Positions 36,847 to 61,100 of a stretch of 64,000 nucleotides of DNA are shown one piece after another. The translations under genes were made by a program, and so were the position numbers. This DNA comes from Magallana gigas. Lineage: Eukaryota. Within the stretch, counting starts at the first letter, position 1. Every line of letters begins with the position of its first letter. The stretch covers positions 48,484,001-48,548,000 of the forward strand of contig NC_088855.1 in assembly GCF_963853765.1 (NCBI RefSeq). Direction: 5' to 3'. A model generated the notes under the pieces. It was not told the DNA's origin, did not search any database, and saw only the letters and a list, made by a program, of their open reading frames with translations.

Positions 36847-39432
36847 ATGGCAGATAGACTGACCCAGCTTCAAGATGCAGTTAATCAGGTGAAATTAACT
36901 TAACAAGACATGTTGACCAGAATGAAAATTTGAAATGAATAATCTTATTTTGTTTCTCATTGACAATGAACGATCAGAACACTTTGAACAGCATTAGCAA
37001 TCAAATCTATACTGCTTATACTACTCTATTCAGTCTCTTGTATTTTTTATGGTTTATTAATAAGATGTTTATTATTTGTAATGTCTAGCTTGCTGACCAC
37101 TTTTGTAACAGTATAGGAGTATTACAACAGTGTTCACCACCCAGTAAGTTTGAGGGTTTTGACAAGCAACCTGGAAAGTCTCCTTCAGAAGTCCCACAGG
37201 AAGGTAATTAAACATTCACAGAGAGTTGGGTTTTTTTGGTTGTCAATGACCAAGATAATAAACATTGGTAATCTCATATGTGTTTCTGTGTATTGCACCA
37301 AAAAGTGTTCTGTAATGTACGATGAAGTGGTTTAAGCAGGTGTTTTGTTCAAAATTTTATCTTTTCTATTTTTAATGTTTACATTATGGTCAATGCTTTT
37401 ATAGTCTGTCCCAAGTTATTGCTTCCATCACTTTTTGATGATTTTTAATAAAAATACACATACCTGTGAAAGAAATACAATTGAAATCGATGAAAGGGAA
37501 TATATCCAAGATATCTTCATTGAACAATTATCCCTTTTCACTCATAAAATTTCACAGGAACGAAAACAATTTTCTTACGGAGATTTATAATGGGAAATGT
37601 TTACATCTTTTCTCCATTTGGAATACACTCGGAATACATCGCACAATTTTTCAACATTATCATCCGGGCTTATTAATGACTGATGCAATGCAAAATCTCC
37701 GTAGACTTTCAATTTTGGGATGTGTATTGAAACCTGAAGAGGTAGAGGGGGCGTTTCAAAACAGATAATCTGGACATTTTTCATATTAGTGGATGAACAT
37801 AGTTTGAGCACAAAGGTATTTACTATTATTGAAATATCAAGCAAAAAGTGGTGGAAGCAAAAACTCGGGACAGAGTATAATAGTTTGGCATTTCTATAAT
37901 AGATTTTGTCAACATTTTAAATGTTGAAAAGAAAATTTCAGGTTAGGACCTAAAGTAAATGTGACATACACTAAGAACCGTTTTAATGAGCAGAATTATA
38001 AATCAGGTTGAAAAAAAATGCCTAACAGTATATTAAACCAATATAAACAAAAACATGGCAATTATTAATGCATAAAAAAGAATTGTGATTAGAAATGCAT
38101 TGCTAAGGCATTGTAAACAATAAAACTAGTATGAGAGAAGGAATTTTAAAATTTTTGTTACATGTTGATTTCAATTGTTATTTATTTATATGTATGTGTG
38201 TTTATTAAGAAAATCAATAACGGGGGATGGTAACTTGGGGTGTATGTGTGTTTATTAAGAAAATCAATAATGGGGGATGGTAACTTGGGGCAGACTATAC
38301 ACTGATATCCCTAATCATTAGATAAGCCCTATGATTTTGATTTAATGAGGTCATATGATCACTGTTCAAGGGTTAAACTATCTTTGTCACAATTGTGTTG
38401 CCTAAAATACCTCTTGTTTCTTACAGATTATGCTTTAACTTTTGCAAAACTGATATCGAGAACAGCAAAAGATGTTGATACTTTGATAGATTCTCTACCA
38501 AGTGAAGAGTCTTCCCTCAAAGTTCAAGTAAGGTCAAAAGCTTGTTATTTTATGTGCATTTTAGATGCTTAACCACACCACAGAAATAATGAAATTTAAG
38601 TTATCTACATCTTGATTTGACAATGGGTCAGTTGACACAATGATACATGAAAATCTTTTTTATTCTGGTCCATGATTTTGGGCAATGTCACAGCTACTTA
38701 GGCCACACCAATATAATTTCTTGTCCATCGGACATCCAATGAAAGAAGGTATGAGCAGAAAAGCAATTAAATAATAAAATTATTTTTTGTAGGCAAAATT
38801 TTTAGGTGCTACATAAATAAATTTGTGCAGTAGGTTATAATTCTACTTGTTTCTGATTTATGAATTTAAACTATTTAAAAATAAGAAAAGTAGAGCAGAA
38901 ATACAACAAAAAACAGTGCATAATTTCCTGGATGTAGGAAATTAATAATTATCTTATGTGTATAGTTTTACTTAAATACGAGTGTGTGATAAACAAGAAA
39001 TTATATTGTTGTGGCCTAAGTTTGGTTTCATACAATAATATGAGAAAAGATAACTAGATATTCCCAATAAATACAATCTGATTAATATTGTATCCTTGAT
39101 ATTCCTGATTAATAGTGATATGCTGTCTATATCATTACTCTATATATCATTTATCGAGAGTATCAAATAACTGTATTTGATTTAATCAGTATGCCAATGA
39201 ATATTACATTAATATTATATATTATTTTGCAAATTATGTATGATTCAAAAGTGAATGGTTTGTTTATTAGTTGGAAAGCTTGAGACGTCTTGAGGCAGAA
39301 AATCAGGAGGAGGCCAGAAAACTTGAGGAGGTGGTCAGCCACGGACAGCATTTACTGGACCGTGTCCAGGAGGCCCTCAGAGACATCGCCCAGTGTCAAC
39401 TCCGGTGTCAAGCAATGGAAACAGATACCTGA
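36847..39432 (+). CDS. MED21: Mediator subunit 21 (SRB7), 139 aa
   Basis: Exons 36847-36888 ([14 protein letters not shown]), 37089-37203, 38427-38527 (..[17 protein letters not shown]..) and 39271-39432 (stop TGA). Phases are consistent. Candidate AATAAA at 39702-39707. Confidence 0.96.
37402..37877. mobile_element. 476-bp Tc1/mariner-type MITE with TA TSD in MED21 intron 2
   Basis: TA at 37400-37401 and 37878-37879. 36-bp TIR TAGTCTGTCCCAAGTTATTGCTTCCATCACTTTTTG matches at 32/36. Confidence 0.8.
38191..38290. repeat. 50-bp tandem duplication (49/50 identical) in MED21 intron 2
   Basis: TGTATGTGTGTTTATTAAGAAAATCAATAA(C/T)GGGGGATGGTAACTTGGGG occurs twice. Confidence 0.95.
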
Positions 39433-39827
39433 GTTTGACAGATTTTCTAAGAGAGACCCAGTGAATGGAGACTCAGTGGATGCGTCTCTGATGTACATTT
39501 TGTTCACTCTGAATGTGTGTTCCAAAGGGTTTTAGCAAGGATAATATGTGATTAATTCTGATAAAGACAGAACATATAACAATCACATTAAGAATGTGTA
39601 TTGAAAGATTTGATTTTCAATGTACAGTACTGTTATAAGCCTGTTATTGATGTCAAGTGCAATTATGACAATTATGATAGTTTTTCATGTATGTGTTTCA
39701 AAATAAAAATAAGTTAGTCATAGTAATTTCAAAAAGATGTTTTTGTAAAGAAACTTTATATAAGAAAATAAGGTTCTCTGCCCCTTGATTGATAAGATAT
39801 CAAAATGTTATTATCTTTCAATCTTAA

Positions 39828-40075
39828 GGATCCTTGACACCCAGGGACTTCTACTTTTTATAACAATACGTCACAACATGGCGATTTTAGCGCATTGTGA
39901 AACAGTTTATACCACCAAACTTTGTTGTATATCTCTGTGGCGCACTGGGTGTTTCTTCAATATACCAACTCGCAGGTCCCGAGTTCGAATACTGCAGAGG
40001 TTTTTATTTTCATGAACAGCGGTAAAATATTAAAAGTTGATGTTTTCCCGAAAAAGTGAAATTTGTGGAGGACCC
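39828..40075 (+). mobile_element. 248-bp TTAA-flanked element containing a tRNA-like module
   Basis: TTAA at 39824-39827 and 40076-40079; short TIR GGATCCTTGAC versus GGGTCCTCCAC (8/11). Internal CTCTG..TGGCGCACTGG (A-box)..GAGTTCGAATAC (B-box)..CAGAG at 39933-39999. Confidence 0.55.
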
Positions 40076-40583
40076 TTAAAGATATTGTCTGATCTTCATA
40101 TTTAGGGTAAATTAGAATCATATGAAAGAAGATGGGTGAATAAGGCATGTAAACTGCCCATATGAGGATAGATAAGATACTATAAAATTAAAATATCTTC
40201 AAATGCCATAATATCCTTCTGAATTATTGAAAACAATGTATATTTACCATAACATGGATTTATAACCCTTAGATATTTTAAACAATTAGAATAGGTTGAT
40301 TTAAACTGCCGTGTGCATGTCAAAACCTCCAAATAGTGTCATTTTTAGAACTTCAATGCCTTTCTTATATAGAGTGGGTCTGAGCTCCATATTTTTGTCA
40401 TAGTCTATATAAGGTTTAAAGGAAATGAAACTGACTTCAATCAGCGAAAACATGGAGAGATGACCCACTTTACTTTAGAAATGCCATTTTGTATTGCAAC
40501 AATTGAACATTTTAGAAAAATAATACAAGTCTTGAAATTTGTGTTTGAAGTTGAATATAGCATTTAACAATTAAGTTTGTTGT

Positions 40584-40670
40584 GACTGAAATGGCTCAGT
40601 GGTTGGAGCACCAGACATTAGGTAACATTATAGAGCTAGGGTTTTAGGTTGTGGGTTCGAGACCACCAAA
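40584..40670 (+). pseudogene. tRNA-like or SINE-head remnant (not a functional tRNA call)
   Basis: A-box TGGCTCAGTGG (40592-40602) and B-box GGTTCGAGACC (40654-40664). There is no clean anticodon arm or acceptor stem. Confidence 0.45.
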
Positions 40671-41851
40671 ACTTAATAATTTATTTATTTTTTAATATTC
40701 AAAACTGAATATAGTTAGAAATTGTGCCTTTGTAAACTTGAATTATAACACTAAACCAAATGGGCATTTGCGCTATCTTGTTCCCCCATCTTCTTTATTC
40801 TGGCATCCAGGAGTTAAATATTTACTTCTAATGAGTATTTTCTCATAAAATTCTTGAAAGAATTAACAATTCATTTTTCTTCATAATTTATAAAACAGTG
40901 GTTGATAGTTAAAATACTGGTAATATCAGTTTAAAAGCTAACTTTGTGATGTGTGCCAAGTTTAAAGATGTGTCAGATATCATTACATTACATGTTTGAT
41001 GAAATTGATAGAGAAAAATAAATGTTTCATTGAATATAAGTCATTCCAATCATCCATTTTTGACAGAAGTTGGAGGGTTAACTAGGTGGAAAGGAAATCA
41101 ATAGGCAATAGTGATGATATAAGGGACATTAATTCAGACATTGTTTTTCCAATTCATATGTTATTTATAATTGTATTAAAGTCTGGAAACAACAAAAGGT
41201 TTGCTAGTATTTTTATTTCTCTATTAGTCAAAGAAAGACTATTGTTGCTCAGTGGTCTAAGGAAGTTGAAACGCCAGAGTTAACATTGTGTTGAATTAGT
41301 TGTACTTGGACTAAGCACTTGACTTGAATGCCAGAGTCCACCAAGATCAACATTATTAGTGGATCGGTACCAAATTAATAGTTAACAGAGAGCTGAGGAC
41401 TTTCGACTTTGAGTAGAGCATTGATTAAAACAGTTTTCCGGTCAACTTTTCTTTCAATATACGTCGATCAATTGATAAATTATTAAATTTATTTCTTAAT
41501 TAAACCATTCTTATTTAGACAACGAACATGTAAATATATGGAGTTAAAAAAAATATCGTCCCATAGTTAATAAAAAATAATCTCGGCGAGATTCGTCGAG
41601 ACGGTCAATTTTTTCAGTATCGACTTACCGTAATTTTCAAAATCTCATTGTCTTTATCTCAGACAAAAACATGAATTAATGACGCTGCGATGGCACCTAT
41701 TTTTAATGTTTTAAAAATTTATAACCTTTTAAATTTTGTGTGAATTTTCAATCTGAATTAAAATTGTGATAAGGCAAATTTTGATTGCTCTTTTTTTATA
41801 ATCTTGAGAAAAGCGATGCATTATGTTAAATTACTTTTAGATCAACACTTG

Positions 41852-42374
41852 CAGGGGCGTAGCTTGACTTAAAAGTCTAGTGAGACAAACCCATTGTGGC
41901 CAAGGCCCCCAGCAGGCCAAGGGCGGAGTGCTGATGGGGGTTCAGGTGGACAAAGCCCCTTGACTTTGAGAGTTTTAAAATTTAAAAATCATATTAGTCC
42001 TTGACAGAAATTCGTAATTTTACCAATGGTTTTGTTTTAAAGACTCCAGCATGCATACCATACTTCATATTAATTTTAAAAGTATTAGAGTAATTAAAAA
42101 TGTTTACTTAAACTTCCAACACATTTAAATATGAATACACATTTTATTATTTTTTTTCTTTAAAACTTTATCCTCCCGAAGATATTGATATGAAAGTACA
42201 ACATTCTATAGATTTGTTTAAATGTAAAATAAAAGCCTTTAGTTTTAAAACAAATTAAATATTTTCTGCAAATATTTTCATAATTATCATGATTATAACC
42301 TTATATTGTAAAAGGATGGTGGTCAAAAAGTCTTAAGGCAGTGCCTCATTGCCACAATAGAAGCTACGCCACTG
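41852..42374. mobile_element. 523-bp hAT-like MITE with a 5-bp TSD (hAT5-like)
   Basis: TIR CAGGGGCGTAGCTT versus AAGCTACGCCACTG (13/14). Direct repeat ACTTG at 41847-41851 and 42375-42379; the 8-bp flanks do not match. Confidence 0.75.
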
Positions 42375-42396
42375 ACTTGCAGAAATGACTTGCTAT

Positions 42397-42556
42397 NNNN
42401 NNNNNNNNNNNNNNNNNNNNNNNNNNNNNNNNNNNNNNNNNNNNNNNNNNNNNNNNNNNNNNNNNNNNNNNNNNNNNNNNNNNNNNNNNNNNNNNNNNNN
42501 NNNNNNNNNNNNNNNNNNNNNNNNNNNNNNNNNNNNNNNNNNNNNNNNNNNNNNNN
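42397..42556. other. Assembly gap (160 N)
   Basis: Run of N. Confidence 1.
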
Positions 42557-42791
42557 AATTCATAGATTAAAATATTTTGCATTTTCATTTTGGATACATT
42601 TGTAGATATTTAGAAACCATATTTGAGGGAAACATATGCTAAAATATCAATAGTTAAACTATGATACCGTTAGAGGATATAAACTCTGAAGTGAAATAAG
42701 CAAATCAAACCAGCGACCTTAATTATTAGTCATGGGATTTTTTTTCAAGTCCATTTTTACAAAGTATCTTTGGATATTGAATTGATATTAA

Positions 42792-43263
42792 AGGGGCGTG
42801 GTCACGATTTTGGTCAAAATCTATTTTTATTTTTTCATAATTTACAATGCTTTAGGGATGCATTTCTAACAATCAGATGAAATTTGAGAGTGAGTCGTAG
42901 AGTTATAAGCAAGATACAGGGCTCGCTATTCTAGGCACGTGCCTTGTTTTTGTTAACATAGGCTCAATATACCGGTAAAATATATTTTTCCAGCTGATTT
43001 GTCTATCTTCTAATTCATTTTAAGCATAAATAAAAAGTTTCAAACGTTTAACACATTCATTTTAGGTATAAAACTGTCATTTCCACTTCAACATTCAAAA
43101 TGTAAACAAATGCTTTTTTTACATAGCAAAGAATTGTAAGCTCTGTAATTCGCTTATAACTCAACGACTGACACTCAAATTTTGGTTGCCTATTAAAATG
43201 CCATTTGTATTACAAACGTTAAAATCAGAAAAATAATTTTTTTTACCAAAATCGTGACCATGC
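42792..43263 (-). mobile_element. Kolobok-type element, family 2, inverted relative to 21355-21808; right end damaged
   Basis: TTAA|AGGGGCGTGGTCACGATTTTGGTCAAAA at 42788. It ends ACCAAAATCGTGACCATGC at 43263 without the final bases or TTAA. The interior matches the reverse complement of 21355-21808. Confidence 0.8.
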
Positions 43264-44128
43264 TGACTATGCCCTGGAAATGCGTTAATTTAAAAACGTA
43301 CCGTTAAATTCAAGTGCAAAAGTATTGCGATATTGCGCGAAAGTGTCGGCGTTTAATTTGTTTTGCGTTCATTCACGAAAGTTTTGCGTTTATTCGCAAA
43401 AATAATTTTTAGCTACGAAATACCTGCAATTCGGTGTGAAAAATTCGTTCCAGAACGTCTCAGCGCCAGGTGATCCTACAATCGCTTCCTCGCCTTCGCA
43501 ACTTCGCACTCTCGCAAATTTTAAATTCACCCTAATGATGAAAGTGCGACCGCCGAGTGGCCCCAACGGAACACCATATATAACCACCCTCCCCCAAACT
43601 TTATCTTGCAAGCACATGTATGCACCTGTAATTATTTATTCATGGCATAGGCCTATATATGATTTAAATATTCGTTATAACGTTCTCATGTTTAGGCTAC
43701 CCACAGTACTTTATTCTATATAAGATAACGTTACCTTGTTTTTTTTTGTTTTTTTTTTATATATATATTTATTTATTTAATTGAAAAGGTTAATTAAAGT
43801 TGCGATAGCGATTAGACACCCCCCCCCCCCCCCTTGCTCTGCTCTGTCACAGGTGAGTGCTTTCATCACATGATATTCCTGTTTGACCCGGAAATGATTT
43901 TTTTGAATGAATTATGTGACGTATGTTGTTGATGACATTCATACAAAAACATAGATCCTATAAATATATTTTTATTTAAGACAATTAATCGAGTACAAAA
44001 TTAAACATATCAGCGTATAAAATTTTGTAATGATATGCTATATGGTATCGCTTAACATCATAATTTTACTGATTTATTGACAAATGCGGATGAATATTGG
44101 AACTATTTTTATTCTCTTCACCCGGTGG

Positions 44129-44138
44129 CCGCCATATT
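44129..44138 (+). promoter_or_regulatory. YY1-like motif upstream of the clathrin start codon
   Basis: CCGCCATATT matches CCGCCATNTT and sits in a CpG-containing patch about 115 bp before the ATG. Confidence 0.35.
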
Positions 44139-44253
44139 GGCAGAACGTAAGGACGGTCACAGTACTAGCCACCGGTAGTAATTTATCTTTTTCGAAAAAC
44201 TTAGTGTAAGTTGGCGTGAAACAGGGAAACAAGTGATATATTGGCTACAGAAT

Positions 44254-55790
<11,537 letters not shown>

Positions 55791-56891
55791 CATTAAAATA
55801 ACTTCATAGTCATACCAAGTATTCCCAGCATCTGACATGGTGTATATTGTGAACAAGTGATATCATAGATGTGGAAGATTCAAAAGTTTGCCAGTGATGT
55901 GTTTTGATGCATTAGTTTGTAGAAGCTGTACAACAGGTCCTTGATGTTGAGTGCAATATTCTCTGTATGTAGTACATAGGGACTATTTAGGCAACCAATA
56001 ATTTTCAGATTTAATCATTTTCAAACAAATCTTACCGAACGCTTTACTGAACAGGATTTGTTGAATTTTAGTTAATTTTAAAAAATAATGATCAATGATT
56101 AATGAAAACTTATTGATCATCGCATGGCAGATTTTTGGAGAAGCCTTAGCTAAATCAATCATTAATTCCAAGGGACCTGTGAAATGTTATATCATTTTAT
56201 GAGATGTAAATTTTCTGTGATTTTAAGTTGTCAAGTATGTATGTATATATATATATTGAATTTAAGTTTAAAGTGCTTCAAATGCAGTTCATGCAGTGTT
56301 TTTGTTATTCATAAAATGAGGTCAAAATAGTAATTGTTACTAGATATAAATTTTGAATTGGCTTGATCATTAGAGCATGTTGTTTTTATTTTCATTTGTC
56401 ACATGGTTAATGATTAAATTAATGAATGTGTGGTATTTTGCACTAATCTTTCAAACCTCATATTGACATTTGATTTCAAGGAAGTTTTGAATTTGTAGAT
56501 AAGACAAATCATCAAATACGCTTTACTTTAAAGCATAGAAATTATTTATTTATAGCTATTTAAGAAAAATGTACTATAGACTAGCTTTTAATTGTTGCAC
56601 ATACTCAAATATATCACTGAAAGGAAACTACAATAGTGTATGAAGTTCCATAGCCAACTATATATATAGTTCATTTGAATTCAATGTTGTATAAAAGGAC
56701 ATTTGTAGAGGTTCACTTGAATATGTGACTGTGTGTTGTTGGTTTTCAGACTCTGCTATTAAGGTTCCAGCTAGTGAGCATTTCGACAATATTGTTGTCT
56801 ATTCTGTGGTCTAGATTGTTATCCGATGCTGTGATGACATTGGATTTTATCTATCAGTAGTAATGTACAAGTGTATTACACAAAGAACAAG

Positions 56892-56897
56892 AATAAA
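56892..56897 (+). terminator. Candidate clathrin polyadenylation signal
   Basis: AATAAA about 1.1 kb after the stop, followed by a T-rich tract near 56927-56938. Confidence 0.45.
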
Positions 56898-57892
56898 CTT
56901 CTATAGACAATATTGAAAACGGCAGTTATTTTTTTTATTCAAAAGGAAGCAATGTTTTGTAAGAGTTATCTCTCTTTTATTGACGCCACCTGAAGAACGG
57001 AAATGACTTCCTGAATGACCCGTAGTAGTAGACTCAATACAACATGTACTATGGCATCAGCAGGATAATGATTGACTCACTTCCTCCGATAAGAATACGT
57101 GAATCACTCTTTGTTCATTAAATTATCGAAGGAAAAAACGAAAAGATAAACTTTCTGCGGGACCTTGACTTGCGAGCTTAGGTTAATTTTTGACGCTGTT
57201 TTACACCGCGATAACTACTCTGTAGCTTCTAGCAAGTCGAAGAAAAGACGCAGTTTACATTACACTGTCGAATTAGTAGTTGTTATCAGTTTCAATATCA
57301 ATTATTAATAATTTGCCTCAAAATACAAGAACATGTGTGATAACCTTTGTATCAGGCGTATTTTTCACTTCGAAAACTTTTTGTTCTTTGTCTTAGTAAT
57401 TGAAAAGTTACAGTCATACTGTGGGGAAAACTGTAAATTGTAGTATACATAAATCTCTTTATCACAGCTAGATGTCGTAATTATGTTGACACTGAGTAAA
57501 GGGTATGCCACTCGCAAGGTGCGCGGTTACCTGTGACCCCATAAAATTAAGCATGGTCATGAATATTCATAAGTTCGCAGCTTATATAGTCTGACGGGTT
57601 TTCGCATCTTTAGTACTAAGATCTAACGAGAGAATAATTAAACATTAAATGAAAATATTTATACTATAGGTGTGAATCATTCGTTCTAGTTGGTGGCGGT
57701 AACTTTGAGAGTTTCCCCTTCATTCGGCGAGGCACTCGGATCGGCAGCAGTGGGGGAATTAAAACCTTAGCGCGTGGCAGTGTGTAGCAGACCTCGCGCA
57801 AACCAACAGCGCTGCTGAGGGGAGAAGGAACAGCATCTCACAAATCTTGTGGAAGTCGTAGCTTTCATTTTGTTTCTCGCTCAGTGATAGAC

Positions 57893-58133
57893 ATGATGGG
57901 GAAAAGTGGGCTTCTTTTGGTTGGATTTGTGTTGTGCGTGGTGTATTTCAGTGGGGCAGTTTCAGCTTTCAGGACTTGCGCCGAGGCCCGCTATTGCTGC
58001 CCGGGCCGAAATAATACATGCTTTGCTCATGGACCCCGAATGGATAATGACAATAAGCAAGAAAGATGTTTTTGTGACCAGGAATGTGTCACTATGGGCG
58101 ACTGCTGCATCGACTACACACAGACATGCTCAG
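57893..58133 (+). CDS. SBSPON: First coding exon of a somatomedin-B/thrombospondin-1 domain protein (SBSPON/RPE-spondin-like); remainder beyond the window
   Basis: Signal peptide (GLLLVGFVLCVVYFSGAVSA) followed by CAEARYCCPGRNNTC...CFCDQECVTMGDCCIDYTQTC, the SBSPON-type SMB pattern. It ends in a phase-1 G|GTAATT donor. No TSP1 (WSxWS) exon was seen up to 64000. Confidence 0.8.
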
Positions 58134-61100
58134 GTAATTTCTTACCAAAATATGTTGCCTAGCAACTTGTAGAATTATCAACATCTGTGCATGTAAGATA
58201 AAGCTAACCAAAAGCTCCTCAGATTAGCATTAAGATAATGATAGGCTACAGAAAGTAAATCTAGTGCCTTTTCCTACCATGGTACAATTTGTTTACCCAT
58301 TTCAAAGAATTTAATTATTGGAGAAATCTGAACCCAAAATTAAGAATTTTTCTGGAGGGCAAGTGAGGTCGGCAGTAGATTACCACACAAAGAGTGCTAA
58401 TTTAGAGGTTTATTACCGACAATCCTGACCCAGGGCTGTGTGTTTAGCTGGGCTGAGACTGGGGGCTGATCCTTGCCATTCAGAGACACTGGGGATGTCA
58501 CTGTTGTATGTATCAATACACACTGGCTTTGTGTGCCACATTCAACTTTCGCTGTGAAAAATATGATTATCCAGCAGGTTTGCTAATATTCACACGGGGT
58601 GGCTCTGTATTGATAGAGATTTAACTGCCCAGGTATAACCAACCCAGACCCTTTAATATATCCCTTGGCAATGGCTCCACTAGACTGGAATTATTTTGTG
58701 CGTCTTTTTAGGGTTTTTTTTTCTGACCTCCCCAACAATAGTAATTTTTCTTGTGTGTTCTTGAGGAAGGGGATTTGTAAAATGTGGAATTGGTCAACAG
58801 TTTAATGGTTGCCTGTTATCTACCCTTTCTTTGAACCAAGTACACTGTAAACATCATAAAATTTTTGTTTTAGTTCAAATACAAAGTGAAGAGGCATTTA
58901 TCATGCCAAGACTGCAGTAAGTCCAAAACCAGTTGTTATGTGCCCTGATCTCCTAAATTAAATGTCAAACTTGCACAAAAATCTCTTCTCTGCAATGTTT
59001 ACACTAGATAATTTTTTCTTCAATGTGTCTAACCTGTTACCTAACAATGAAATAATCCACACAAAGAAGTGTCTTCCCGTTTCTGTGATTATGCAGTGAA
59101 ATATTGCTTCCTCCAATTTCTAAAAAGGTTGAGTAATGGAACCAAATTCCTTAGATTTTTTTTTCTTTTCCTTGATTATGACGTAATCTATTGGCCACAA
59201 AAGTTCGAAGAATCTTATTAAACACTTGATTGATGGAGTGTGTAGCTGATTTTGGAAGGTTGCTCAGCTTGTTATAAAGCAAGAATCATTGACCCCCTAA
59301 CCAGTGCTGATAGAACCACCGACCCTGATAGTAGGGGGAGATCTCAGAGATGCTATTATCCTGACCATTCACCACAGAACTAGGCCATGTCTGTGTGGCT
59401 GTTTTTACTGATAGAGGAGCTGGTAACAGAGCAGTCAGAGAACTCTTTCACAGAGACCTGCCATGTTTTTTTTCTCCACACTGTTTTGAGATTCTTGTGT
59501 TTCAGACATGTTTGAAGAAGATTTTGATAAAAGATGAAAGTTCTAGGTCAATTTTTTCCTTCAAAATGTTCTGTATTAAGTCTTAATTGAAAAAAGAAAT
59601 AAACTATTAAAAATACATTAAATGCTGCCATGCTGTTGAAGATTTAGGATAGACACTATGCATATATTTTCTGTCAGACAGTCAAGACTAATTATGTTAA
59701 CCTGATTTGACAACTCAGTGACCCAAAGGATGAACAGTTGCAGTCTGGAGGGTAATTAAGGATCTTACGGTCTTTCACCAGGGTATCTATTAGAGGGGAA
59801 TCCATTTATTAGGTCAGATCGGGTGACTCTTTAATTATTTGCAATGATTCCAAGCCAGTAACTAAGCCGACCCTGTGATCTTCAGCACTATTATCTTACC
59901 TCACCGCCACCCCCTTCAGAGCATTTTCAGAATTTTGAAGTTGTTTTGCCAGGAGGGATAGATTGTCTGGCAATTGCTTTTTAATCATACACATTGTCTC
60001 TAAGCAGTATATTTTACCCATTCTTTATGACCCATGGTTCTCTATATAGTGGCTCAAAATTATTATGTTATGGACGGAAAGAATGTTGCGTTTTGGTCAT
60101 ATGCATTCATTTTTATGGCATGTTATAAATTTTTTTAAAAGATAATGTTTTAAAGTTCAAGTCAAGGCAAATGGATTAACATATGAATTCTTATTTGAAC
60201 CAGTCCTTCATGATGGCCTGTTAAATTGTCCACACTCTTGAAAGGGGGAGACATCATTATGGCCACAATTCAGATTTCTGGACTCAGGTGGCTTGTAATT
60301 TGAACATTCTTTTAATTTTATGTTAATAAACTGTCAGATTTTTATTTTCGAGTGTGATGAATGATGCGACCAGAGAACTTGATCAATTGAATTTTTTATT
60401 TTGAGCATCGCATGTATCTGATAAATGCGGTGTGTGTGGACAGATAAAAGTAAAGGGCCGAATGATGCCCCTTGGCTAACCTAATGATGGGCCTGAAAAA
60501 GATAGGCATCTCCCATCATGGTGACACCCTGTGTATAGAATAGCGATGGCAAATTGATTTCATTGCTGTGGGACGACCGCTTGGTCAAACTCTTTTTTTT
60601 ATTTTGACATTGAAGAGAAGGACTGGGTGTGTAATCAAATAGTTTGTGTTAACAGTTCTTGACTTCTGCCACTATCTGTCACTGCCAGGCTGGAATGAAG
60701 TCTAATGGATTCTTAAAGGACAAACACAAAGATAATGAGTCAATCTACATTAATTTATTAGTAAGGGGGAGAAATACAATTGAACCTTTGAGACCAACCT
60801 CTTAGATTTGGTTACCTTGGTCCTGAGTGGACACTTTAGTGCTGCTTTTCATCATGACTGTAGTATAATATAAATACTGACGAGACTGAAATACTGCCTT
60901 TCCTTTTAAAATCTTCCATCAATAACTTCTTTGTTTGAAAGAAATGTCACTTTTATTTTAACTATTTGGAAAGAATTTATTCTGAAACAAGAGATGTATA
61001 AAGAGTGAAAGTTCCCATAAATTATTTAAAATTTATAATCTCTTTAACAGTTGACTTTTTGTATCTTTACCCAAAAATCCAATCTATAATATCTTTTAGT

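Noticed and set aside
39933-40670. Functional tRNA genes
   Set aside because: Only A/B boxes are retained; anticodon and T arms do not fold canonically, so they are reported as tRNA-like remnants.
42364-42605. ORFs spanning the N-run
   Set aside because: They are artefacts of translating an assembly gap.
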